Shown here one piece after another: positions 39,450-48,136 of a DNA stretch of 64,000 nucleotides. Position numbers and translations under genes: made by a program. The notes under the pieces were generated by a model that ran no database searches, was not told the DNA's origin, and saw nothing but the letters and a program-made list of their open reading frames with translations. The stretch is from Candidatus Andersenbacteria bacterium RIFCSPHIGHO2_02_FULL_46_16 (lineage in GTDB: Bacteria; Patescibacteriota; Andersenbacteria; UBA10190): contig MHHQ01000029.1 of assembly GCA_001817065.1 (NCBI GenBank), positions 4,049 through 68,048 of the forward strand, given 5' to 3'. Every line of letters starts with the position of its first letter. The stretch's first letter is position 1.

Positions 39450-39742
39450 AGTTGTTTATTGCGCATAACTTTCTTTTGCCAGCCCAGCCACCACTGCTTG
39501 AAGTACGGTAAGGTCAGAGTTGAGAGTAAAAAACCAAATGATGGCACAATGGCATTTAGCCATGGGCGCGCTACATCAATTACCCACATGTAAAGGCCAA
39601 TGGCGAGATACGTAAACGCAATCAACAAGGCTCTGCGTAAACTACTTGTTTCCCAGGCCTTGTCTTCCTGGACACACCGATTGCGATTTTCTATTCTATC
39701 CAGTCTCTTTTTTATTAATTCTATTTCATTCATACCATTCAT
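39446..39742 (-). CDS. hypothetical two-TM membrane protein
   Basis: ORF with 4-nt overlap with the downstream gene. Confidence 0.3.
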   Translation of the reverse strand: MNGMNEIELIKKRLDRIENRNRCVQEDKAWETSSLRRALLIAFTYLAIGLYMWVIDVARPWLNAIVPSFGFLLSTLTLPYFKQWWLGWQKKVMRNKQL

Positions 39743-40492
39743 TTAACTTTCGTAATCTGCACGCGCCGTCCAGTACGCGCAGTAATCGCAGCTCTTGCCG
39801 GTACCGGGTATCACATCGCCTTCCAGACACTCCTTAATTTTCAACAATGTACCCTCGACCCAGTCGTCATTTCCCTCATAGGCGATCAGATTAACATCAA
39901 AATCAATCCGCTTATCAAACGATTTGCCGTCCAATCTGCCTGTGCAGTAAACAAAATAGCCGGTATCAGAAACTTTCAGTCCATTATGGCGCAGCAGCCA
40001 CTGGTACACTTCCATCTGCCGTTTGTAGCCATCCTGCCATTCCTTATCCAGCTCCTTCACGGCCTCTTCCTTCGCCGTCGCTTTATAATCCACCACGATA
40101 TATTCCTCTTTACTATTAATCCATAAATCATCAATCGCCCCGGTTACCAGTATCCCTGTTTCCTCATGCAAATACTTCACCCCGCCAAAATTCCGCCGCC
40201 ATTCATCCAGCTCATCATGCGCCACCGGCCGGGCATCAACTTTGTATTCTTTTTGCAGCGGGTGCTGCTCCCCATTAGCCCGATGAATATCAAATTCCAA
40301 TTTGAGCAAATGATCTACCGCGCTGTTCAAAGCAAATGGAAACCCAGGCACTCGCTTAACCCCCAGCTTATTGTCGATATAAAAGCAGCGCGGACATTCC
40401 AAAAACAAATCAATCTTTGAGCGGGACAGTTTCCACTGGTCACCACCGTAATTCCAAGCTGCTCCACGCTTCGGGTTATAGTACTCAGACAT
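39743..40492 (-). CDS. PD-(D/E)XK nuclease superfamily protein (Cas4/DUF83-like, CxxC...CxxC)
   Basis: Motifs IDDL and VVDYK. N-terminal CPRC and C-terminal CDYC suggest an Fe-S or Zn site as in Cas4-like nucleases. No CRISPR context. Confidence 0.5.
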   Translation of the reverse strand: MSEYYNPKRGAAWNYGGDQWKLSRSKIDLFLECPRCFYIDNKLGVKRVPGFPFALNSAVDHLLKLEFDIHRANGEQHPLQKEYKVDARPVAHDELDEWRRNFGGVKYLHEETGILVTGAIDDLWINSKEEYIVVDYKATAKEEAVKELDKEWQDGYKRQMEVYQWLLRHNGLKVSDTGYFVYCTGRLDGKSFDKRIDFDVNLIAYEGNDDWVEGTLLKIKECLEGDVIPGTGKSCDYCAYWTARADYES

Positions 40493-40719
40493 ATATTAAG
40501 ATTATAACTTTAATAATTTACAACAATGCTAATAGGCTAGCATTATCGCCCGCGTCACTTTTCAATACGTTAGTCTCTTATAGTGAGCCTCCGCGGACTA
40601 AAGTCCGCGGCTTCTAGCGGAGGCGAAACCCCGTACCGAAGGCCCGACGACCATTCATCCCCAGAATAAATTCCGGGGCCTTCTGGTGCTGGGGTAACTG
40701 TTTACCCATGCTTTTCCCA

Positions 40720-41283
40720 CTAGTGCCCAATACCGTTAATCTTATGGAAAAGCATCACGTCTTTTAAAGCTGCTTCCGTCGTCTTATCTTTTATTCTAGT
40801 CAGCCAGTAATGATTTTCTGCCACTATGGGACTACGCCCGTCATAAACCATGCGGAACATACTATTAATATTTTTTACTATGTTAGATTCTGCCGCCGCC
40901 TTAGGCGGACCGAATGAACCATTTACCTGGTGCCAGGCCATCGTTCTCCGTATCTTGTATATACTATCTTTCTCCGCCCTGAATCTTTTCTTCCAATATG
41001 CGCTTTCTGCCACTGTCGGCGTTCTGCCAAACGTTTGCACAAAAAGACTTTCTACCAAAAGAGGCACATTAACCATGCTTGGTTTTATTGCCTCCAGACT
41101 AGTCGAACCGTCGCACGGATATCCCAAGTCCCCACATATATAACTATTCGTATCCGACAGACAAGTATGCAAATTATGGCATCCCGACCGATGCGCCAAT
41201 GCTACCTGCGGCATCGCAGCCAGACCAACACTAAAGCAACCAGCAAGTAACAAGAAACTAATTGTAATATTACCCACCTTCAT
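40720..41283 (-). CDS. secreted hypothetical protein with two internal repeats
   Basis: Signal peptide. Cys-rich N-terminus. Two copies of a module with the pattern VAE..YW..R. Confidence 0.35.
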   Translation of the reverse strand: MKVGNITISFLLLAGCFSVGLAAMPQVALAHRSGCHNLHTCLSDTNSYICGDLGYPCDGSTSLEAIKPSMVNVPLLVESLFVQTFGRTPTVAESAYWKKRFRAEKDSIYKIRRTMAWHQVNGSFGPPKAAAESNIVKNINSMFRMVYDGRSPIVAENHYWLTRIKDKTTEAALKDVMLFHKINGIGH

Positions 41284-41374
41284 CCCTTATATTATATACC
41301 CCTCACCCGAAACTGTATTAATAATCCAAATACCTGACAGTCTTTCCCCCTCTTTTACCATTCAATTAAACCTT

Positions 41375-41536
41375 CTAACATCGGCAATCCGCTTCTGCCT
41401 CCTTACACTCCTGACACCGCGGCATACAGTGGTCACTGCCATGTTCATGGTTCGGATCGTGCGACGCCGATTCCTCTCCGCATACATCACATTTATAACC
41501 TTTGGTCGGCCCATCACATTTCATACACTTGTGCAT
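41375..41536 (-). CDS. 53-aa Cys/His-rich metal-binding peptide (zinc-ribbon/metallothionein-like), not in the ORF track
   Basis: ORF MHKCMKCDGPTKGYKCDVCGEESASHDPNHEHGSDHCMPRCQECKEAEADCRC. GGAGGTG Shine-Dalgarno 6 nt upstream. Starts 11 nt after the SHOCT gene stop. Confidence 0.5.
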   Translation of the reverse strand: MHKCMKCDGPTKGYKCDVCGEESASHDPNHEHGSDHCMPRCQECKEAEADCRC

Positions 41537-41547
41537 ATCATCACCTC

Positions 41548-41793
41548 CTATAAAATATCTTTTTTCTTATCCTCAAACTCCTGCTTACTTATCTCGCCTT
41601 TGGCGTAGCGCTCTTTGAGAATATCCAACGCAGCACTGCCTCCACGCTGTGAATTTCCTTGCTGCCCCAGCATCCACCGAGTCAATCCCACAACCACAGC
41701 GATAATCAGCCCCCACCATAAGATCATTAGCAAGCCTCCTCCCCAGCCGCCAAAAGGCACACCCATCATATTATAATATCCCCAATTCATCAT
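41548..41793 (-). CDS. SHOCT-domain membrane protein
   Basis: Gly-rich TM N-terminus and C-terminal LKERYAKGEISKQEFEDKKKDIL, the SHOCT signature. Confidence 0.6.
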   Translation of the reverse strand: MMNWGYYNMMGVPFGGWGGGLLMILWWGLIIAVVVGLTRWMLGQQGNSQRGGSAALDILKERYAKGEISKQEFEDKKKDIL

Positions 41794-41944
41794 AATCTAT
41801 GACAAAGTATACCTGTTAAAAACTTTACCGCTATGGTTTTGATCACTGGCTCTGGTCATTCGCCCTATAGTGGACTTTCTTCTTCCCACGTTCTTTTGTT
41901 TGTTTGCCCGAAAATAAATGAAAGAAACGAAAGTACCTGACACA

Positions 41945-42186
41945 CTTAAGCACCGTAAATAAATAACTTGGTCAGATCTCGTTCAATCCGTGCCAAGATA
42001 CGGCTTTTCCAATTGCCTGCCGGCCATAGCTTTCTTGACCACCGTAGCTTTAGCGAAGGTGGCAGCGACGGCTGGAGCGAAATACGAAGCGCAGTACTAC
42101 GGTAAGTGTTTCGCGATTGAGAAAAAGTCGTAGATTGATGCATAGTGGGCGAGAGATGGTTAAGTTATTTATTTACGGTGACTTAC
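41945..42186 (+). repeat. MITE-like element, family 1 copy 3 (about 240 bp)
   Basis: TIRs (C)TTAAGCACCGTAAATAAATAACTTGG / CCATCTCTCG..AAGTTATTTATTTACGGTGACTTAC. Internal sequence about 90% identical to copy 1. Confidence 0.7.
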
Positions 42187-42223
42187 CTCTACCCCCCTCC
42201 ATTATTAAGAAGGTTGATTAGTT

Positions 42224-44314
42224 CTATCTTACAGAAAAACGCAGTAGCCGTTCCGAAAACTTGACTTCTCCCACCCAAAGAAAAGTGCCGTCAAATGCCA
42301 GCGCGTTTGGCATAAACATTGTGCTTTGCCCAATCCGTCGCCATGTTTCTTGCAAATTATTTTGTCCCAGAACAACCTCCGGTTTAGCTCCCGCTAATGC
42401 CTTCGCAACATCACGCCATACCAGCACCCTGTTTCCTCCAGAATCCGCGATAAACAAAGCGCCATCTTTTGCCACAACTGCTCCCGGTAAATTCAAACGC
42501 AAGCTGGCAAATTTAAGATATTGCGGCTTCGCTTCGGACCCTTGCTCGGCAATATCCGCCACTCGCCAAATAACTACACCGCCTCCCGGTTGATCTTGAC
42601 AACAAGCTGCTGTCAGATACTCCCCGTCACTACTAATTTTTAACGGTCGGTTTACGCTCAATTTGGCAATCGGCTTATTATCGCCGTCAGGAACACCTTC
42701 CCAGACATAAATAACATTAGCCTCCTGGTCGGCCAAATAAAAGTACCGTTCGTCTATCGCCACCCCCCGTAAATCCTGAAAGCGCACGTCCCCTACCGCG
42801 CCACTAAACACTTTGTCTGGTTTTTCTCCATCTTTAGGCAAACTATTCCACAACGTTACTTTTTGCTGTCCAGCAATCACCAGCTTATTTCCAAACAACG
42901 CAATGTCATCACCGCTCATCCCATGATAAACATAATCTGGATGGGCCCCAGACTCATTCGGCAAATTACGCCATACATACAACCTTCCATCGAAGTCAGA
43001 TAACACGAACAGGCTATCCCCGTCCGTCGCTGGTACTGGATTTGAAATAATGAATTCTGTATCTAGTGTATTTATCTCAACCTTCGGCGACCCTATCACA
43101 AAATCTGGCTCATCTAAACTCTTCGCCGGTATTTTGTTAAAACCAACCACTTTATTTCCGTTAGCCAGAGATAAATATAACCGGTTGTCCACCACTGCCG
43201 ACCCCGATCCGTCACCCCCTTGAAACTTATATCCACCATCACCAAAACTGCTTGCCCCGATCGCCCAAGCCGCCTGGTCACTGCTACTTTTCGGCCAATC
43301 ATCCCATACAAACAACCGACTTCCCAAGCCAATAAATCTCCCATCCGACAAAAAGTTCATGCCCCATAAAACTTCGCCTTGAGACAAATTCTTATTTGCC
43401 AAAGGCGCACCACCAGACGGCATCGCCATGAAAAAATCATACGGCTCGTTTTCGCGCTGCGGCCACTCACTCCAGAAAAAAGTGCCTTGCGTATTGCCAC
43501 CGTCTACCTTGGCATTATGGTCAGAAATCACCAGCCGGCGGCCATCACTGCCAATCGAACGCGGCGTACCTAATTGCGGCAACCTGATCACGATCTCCGC
43601 CGGCGCTTGGCTAGCCACCGGAAAACTGTTCCATATCAGCACCTGCGAACCCATTGTACTGGTGATCACCATCTTTTCTCCATTCGTCCATGCTGCCCAC
43701 GGCCAGACAATCCGGCCCCGCCTATCTGCCGCATCATCACCATAACCTCCAAATACCATATCCGCCGGCTGACCATTTTGCGCCGGGAACTGACGCCACA
43801 CCAATACACGATGATTTTGTGTATCGCATACTATTAAGCGCGTCCCATCAGTAGCAACGCATACCGGCCAGTTAAGCTCATCCATTCCCACGCCCGGTGC
43901 GATTGAATTAAAATCTTTCTGTCCCAGCACTAAATCCGGTAGCTCATTACCTCGCGGAGCCTTATTCCAGATCAACACCCGATTGTTATTTCTATCCGCT
44001 AAAATCAATCGCTGTCCGTCCGACGTAATTCCACCGGGATGATTAAACAACAAAGGTCCACCAGCATCATTGAAGCCCATAGCCGACAAAACAATATCTG
44101 CCTTCTGCCCTATACTGAACCATCCGGTTGGCTTTTCCTCTACCACCGCGTACTTCGCACCTGTGCCAATTACAGTTTGCCCGCTGCCGGAAAACCGGAG
44201 AAAACCATCACCACCCGCGCGCCACACTGGATAAAGCCGCCATGCACCCAACACTAAAGCCAACACTATTGCTACTAGCACTACCCCAACATTTCTTTTA
44301 CTGTCCTCTGTCAC
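42224..44314 (-). CDS. membrane-anchored NHL-repeat beta-propeller protein
   Basis: N-terminal TM. More than ten NHL-type repeats (ILADRNNNRVLIW, VCDTQNHRVLVW, IADSGGNRVLVW). Confidence 0.65.
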   Translation of the reverse strand: MTEDSKRNVGVVLVAIVLALVLGAWRLYPVWRAGGDGFLRFSGSGQTVIGTGAKYAVVEEKPTGWFSIGQKADIVLSAMGFNDAGGPLLFNHPGGITSDGQRLILADRNNNRVLIWNKAPRGNELPDLVLGQKDFNSIAPGVGMDELNWPVCVATDGTRLIVCDTQNHRVLVWRQFPAQNGQPADMVFGGYGDDAADRRGRIVWPWAAWTNGEKMVITSTMGSQVLIWNSFPVASQAPAEIVIRLPQLGTPRSIGSDGRRLVISDHNAKVDGGNTQGTFFWSEWPQRENEPYDFFMAMPSGGAPLANKNLSQGEVLWGMNFLSDGRFIGLGSRLFVWDDWPKSSSDQAAWAIGASSFGDGGYKFQGGDGSGSAVVDNRLYLSLANGNKVVGFNKIPAKSLDEPDFVIGSPKVEINTLDTEFIISNPVPATDGDSLFVLSDFDGRLYVWRNLPNESGAHPDYVYHGMSGDDIALFGNKLVIAGQQKVTLWNSLPKDGEKPDKVFSGAVGDVRFQDLRGVAIDERYFYLADQEANVIYVWEGVPDGDNKPIAKLSVNRPLKISSDGEYLTAACCQDQPGGGVVIWRVADIAEQGSEAKPQYLKFASLRLNLPGAVVAKDGALFIADSGGNRVLVWRDVAKALAGAKPEVVLGQNNLQETWRRIGQSTMFMPNALAFDGTFLWVGEVKFSERLLRFSVR

Positions 44315-44425
44315 CCTACAAGTTTATCACATAAAAAACATTTATTCGCGGTGACTGACCCATTAGCCATTAGTTCAGGCATACCAAAAGATACCCAAGC
44401 AAGTAACCAGTGATATACTGTCATT

Positions 44426-45250
44426 ATGTCTTCTTCTCCTTATCTATCAGTCATCATCCCAGCCTATCGACAGGCCGGCACGATTGCCGCCGACTTGCAG
44501 CGCTTAAATGACCTGATAAAAACCTTAGTTCCTTCCTACGAGCTGGTTTTGGTCATTGACGGCAATGAGGACAACACCCTAAATAACGTCCGCCGATCAC
44601 TGTCCCTCCCTAATCTCACCATCGAATGTTTCGACCACAATCAGGGCAAAGGCGCTGCCTTGCGTCATGGCCTGCAACGCTCCCACGGTGAAGTTGTTGC
44701 CTTTATCGATGCCGGCAATGATATTGACCCAAGCTTTTTGCAGATCATGTTAGCGGAATTCAAACTCCACCACGCTGATATCGTTATTGGTTCTAAACGG
44801 CATTCTTTATCCGAAGTTGATTACCCTTGGCTACGCCGTGTTTATAGCACGACTTACCAAATTTTAAATCGTTTACTTTTTTGTCTAAAAGTGCGCGATA
44901 CGCAAGTCGGATTAAAAATTTGCCGGCGCGAGGTTCTCACTGCGGTACTGCCGCGCATTGTCGTAAAAAAGTTTGCTTTTGATCTCGAACTATTGGTCGT
45001 GGCCAACCACCTGGGATATCAACGTATTGTCGAGGCCCCCGTAAAGATAAAATATAATTTCTCGAGCACTATCAGATTAATTGATATCTGGCGCACCTTT
45101 ATAGACACGTTGGCCATTTTCTACCGACTTCGTTTTTTACATTGGTACGATCGTCCTTTACCTGCCGCCTCTGCCCCAGTCTTAGTTTCTGGCATCGATG
45201 TATCTATTCACCATGAAGCTACTCGAGTTCGAGAAAAAATCCATCGATAA
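44426..45250 (+). CDS. glycosyltransferase family 2 (Dpm1/GtrB-like)
   Basis: LSVIIPAYRQAGTI...VLVIDGNEDNT, then DxD. Confidence 0.8.
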   Translation: MSSSPYLSVIIPAYRQAGTIAADLQRLNDLIKTLVPSYELVLVIDGNEDNTLNNVRRSLSLPNLTIECFDHNQGKGAALRHGLQRSHGEVVAFIDAGNDIDPSFLQIMLAEFKLHHADIVIGSKRHSLSEVDYPWLRRVYSTTYQILNRLLFCLKVRDTQVGLKICRREVLTAVLPRIVVKKFAFDLELLVVANHLGYQRIVEAPVKIKYNFSSTIRLIDIWRTFIDTLAIFYRLRFLHWYDRPLPAASAPVLVSGIDVSIHHEATRVREKIHR

Positions 45251-46997
45251 CACCAAGAAGCCTCGCCCCAGTATTAATCTGACTGGAATCTTGCGTCGCA
45301 TTCTAACAAAATACTGGCCATACCTTATTCTCCTGGTATTTTGGTTGTCTGTTATCCTGCCTTGGTTTTTAGATTCCGGTTTTATTCTCTTGCTAGATTT
45401 TATTCCCGTCCCTCATATTTCACGCCCACCACTTTCCTGGCAATACGCTTATCTCGACGGTCTCCTGTATCGCTGGCCCGCATGGTTAATAAGCCAATTT
45501 TTTCCCGCTGCTTTGACGCATAAAATGTTGTTTTCTTTACCGATCGCCTTGGCCGGAATTTCCATGTATCAACTTTGCTCCTTGGTATTGTCAGACAAGA
45601 ATAGAAAGATCGTCGCTGCCTCTTCTCTCTTAGCTGGCTTGTACTATGCGTATAATCCATTTATTACCACTCGCGTATTCATGGGCCATGTTTTCTTTAT
45701 CTACGGCTATGCTTTATTACCGTGGGTGGTCTTGTCGTGGCTTAAATTTCAACAGAAACCAACCCTTCGACCAGCCTTCTATCTAGCCCTTTTTTTTGTC
45801 GCGTCGGTTCTTTTCAGCCAGCATCATTTCATTCTTGTTCCGCTTCTTCTGTTGTTCCTATATCAACCTGTACGTCCCCGCACGTCACCAGAAAAACGAT
45901 CATGGCTATTGTTATTTTTCTTCGTAGCAACAGTTGTTACCTTAGCAATAACAGTCTATTTCTCATCTGACGCTCGTCCCAATACACTGCATCCTCTTGG
46001 CCCCTGGTCACGCGCATTATTGGCACCTTATTCCGGTTCTTATGCCTTTGATGTCCTAAACTTATCTGCCACGTGGAAAATTGACCTGCCTTTCCTCTTT
46101 CCCTGGGAACTCAGGCTGGCTTTCGGTTATATTTCGTTTTTATTGCTGCTTATTATGGCCAGTGGTCTTTGGTGGCTCAAGCACCAGCACCATTCAAAAA
46201 ACTTAGCCATTCCCCTCCTTCTAGTTATTTTGTTTAGCTCCTTTCTGGCTGTCGGCATTGCTCATCCCCTAATCTCCCCATTAGCCGGTTGGCTTTATCA
46301 TCACGTTCCTTTTTGGATTGGACTTCGCGATTCGGCAAAATTCCTTTCAATACTAGCTTTAGTGGAATCAATCTTACTAGCCGTTGGTGTTTACTCCTTA
46401 ACTCAATTATGGACTCGTCATTTCCGCCGCGTGTCTCCAATCATTGTACCTGCAACAGCCCTTATCTTAGTGGTCTACATCTCCTCCACCGCCGTATACG
46501 GCTATAACAACCAAATCTATCCCACTTCCTATCCAGACAGTTGGCAGGAAGCCCAAACTTGGTTGGCCGATAACCACTCAACCCCACCTTCTCTTCTATT
46601 TCTTCCTTGGCATATGTATTTACCTTTTTCCTTCACCCAAGACCGAACTATTGCTAATCCCGCTTCGACGTATTTCACCTCTGCACACGTTATCGTTGGT
46701 AACAATAATGAAGTCGGCGGCACGTTCGGCCGACCATTCATTTCTGCGGAATATACCGATCCGACCCACCAATATATCCAGCAACTGTTGCCGGATACGT
46801 CGTCATTCCATGATTTCGGTTCACGCCTATCACCGCTTTGTATGCAATACATTATGCTCGCCACCGATACTCGCGACGTGTCTAATTATGATTTTCTTTA
46901 TAATCAAAATGACCTTGAGATTGTCTTCTCAAGGCAGGATTTAATCATCTGGCAAAATATAGCAGTTCAAGACAACTGCAAAACCACTATCCTTTAA
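45198..46997 (+). CDS. large polytopic membrane protein, putative GT-C-like glycosyltransferase
   Basis: More than ten TM helices plus a C-terminal soluble domain. Overlaps the GT2 gene. Similar architecture to 3632..5848 and 62348..64000. Confidence 0.4.
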   Translation: MYLFTMKLLEFEKKSIDNTKKPRPSINLTGILRRILTKYWPYLILLVFWLSVILPWFLDSGFILLLDFIPVPHISRPPLSWQYAYLDGLLYRWPAWLISQFFPAALTHKMLFSLPIALAGISMYQLCSLVLSDKNRKIVAASSLLAGLYYAYNPFITTRVFMGHVFFIYGYALLPWVVLSWLKFQQKPTLRPAFYLALFFVASVLFSQHHFILVPLLLLFLYQPVRPRTSPEKRSWLLLFFFVATVVTLAITVYFSSDARPNTLHPLGPWSRALLAPYSGSYAFDVLNLSATWKIDLPFLFPWELRLAFGYISFLLLLIMASGLWWLKHQHHSKNLAIPLLLVILFSSFLAVGIAHPLISPLAGWLYHHVPFWIGLRDSAKFLSILALVESILLAVGVYSLTQLWTRHFRRVSPIIVPATALILVVYISSTAVYGYNNQIYPTSYPDSWQEAQTWLADNHSTPPSLLFLPWHMYLPFSFTQDRTIANPASTYFTSAHVIVGNNNEVGGTFGRPFISAEYTDPTHQYIQQLLPDTSSFHDFGSRLSPLCMQYIMLATDTRDVSNYDFLYNQNDLEIVFSRQDLIIWQNIAVQDNCKTTIL

Positions 46998-47045
46998 TGT
47001 TCCTGATACCTTCGATTTTAGGTGGATCTCTATGAGTGCGTATGA

Positions 47046-47311
47046 AGAGCCCCACGGACTGTCCGCCAGTGGTCCCCGCGATAGCTACGCATGACGCCCC
47101 TGGGCAGAATGGCGGAATCCCTCGTAGCAGAAAACATTCTACCCCATTTTGCTCCGCAATATCCGGAGCTACGCTCCTTCGTTCACGGAGCTTCGCATGG
47201 ACGCAACGCGGGGTTATCCTATTTACTACACTTTGCCAGCCAAGGCCTTGGCGACGGCTGATTCAAACACCCCGCTACCGATGTGGCGGTTTGCTGCGCA
47301 GTGGGATGAAA
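47046..47311 (+). repeat. GC-rich structured repeat, family 2 copy C
   Basis: Shares the conserved blocks. Internal hairpin GCTCCttcgttcacGGAGC covaries with copy A (GCTCacgGAGC). Confidence 0.7.
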
Positions 47312-47385
47312 AATTTTTTCTTGTGTATGCACAAAAAAACACGGACCACCAGGCCCATGTTTTTCTCATTATCTCTTGTCTTCGA

Positions 47386-48003
47386 TTATGTTCCTCCGCC
47401 TCCGCTATCAACTGCTCCTCCACCACCACTGTCATTACCTCCGCCACCGCCTCCATCGGAAGAGTTAGCTAATCCTGCGATGCCAGTCATGTTACCGGCC
47501 AGAGTTTTGAAGTTATCCCGGGAACATACTTTAACCGTTGCGTCCCGCTGAATGGAACGCCCGATCGCTGTGTTATATTGCGCGGTAGTCAGTTTAACGC
47601 TGCGGAATTTACCTTTAGCGTACTCAACCGAAATCGCTTTTTTAGATAAGCTGTTAACACGCACACTATTCATGCATTTAACCTTACCGGTTGCGGCATC
47701 AATCGTTGTCGCCACACCTAACTTCGTAGAACTTACCGCTTGCGTAAATTTACTGGTATCAGGAAATAGCCGTCCTTGCTGCTTGTGCCATTTCATAGCA
47801 TCAACTAGCTGCTGATAAGTTTTATAATGTCCTGTTACGACACCCTCACCCCAGCCGGTCCAATTAGTCGGATTCACCGTAATACCAGCTTCACGCATTC
47901 CACTGTTAACACGCGATAATAATGGCGCCGCGCTCACCACTGGTATTGATACTACCAACACTCCGGTTATCACTAATCCTGCTATTAATTTAAATTTTTT
48001 CAT
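47386..48003 (-). CDS. secreted hypothetical protein with Gly-rich C-terminal tail
   Basis: Signal peptide. C-terminal GGGGGGNDSGGGGAVDSGGGGT. Confidence 0.35.
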   Translation of the reverse strand: MKKFKLIAGLVITGVLVVSIPVVSAAPLLSRVNSGMREAGITVNPTNWTGWGEGVVTGHYKTYQQLVDAMKWHKQQGRLFPDTSKFTQAVSSTKLGVATTIDAATGKVKCMNSVRVNSLSKKAISVEYAKGKFRSVKLTTAQYNTAIGRSIQRDATVKVCSRDNFKTLAGNMTGIAGLANSSDGGGGGGNDSGGGGAVDSGGGGT

Positions 48004-48136
48004 TCTGCACCTCCTTTTTTATGTTACAAATTACCTTTTATGCTCATATTATAACACACTCAAAAAATGAAACTGTCATATTCAATACGATTTTTCCACA
48101 GTAACAAAAACAGGTCTTTTCGGTTACCCTAAAACC

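Noticed and set aside
40560-40700. Nested hairpins (CCGCGGACTaaAGTCCGCGG within GCCTCCGC...GCGGAGGC; CCCCAG...CTGGGG) downstream of the secreted-protein gene, as a possible tRNA or sRNA.
   Set aside because: No cloverleaf or conserved tRNA T-loop. Most simply read as a complex terminator region for the minus-strand gene 40720..41283. Left unannotated.
41946-42143. 65-aa ORF inside MITE copy 3.
   Set aside because: Contained in a repeat element with TIRs. No counterpart ORF in copies 1 or 2. No Shine-Dalgarno.
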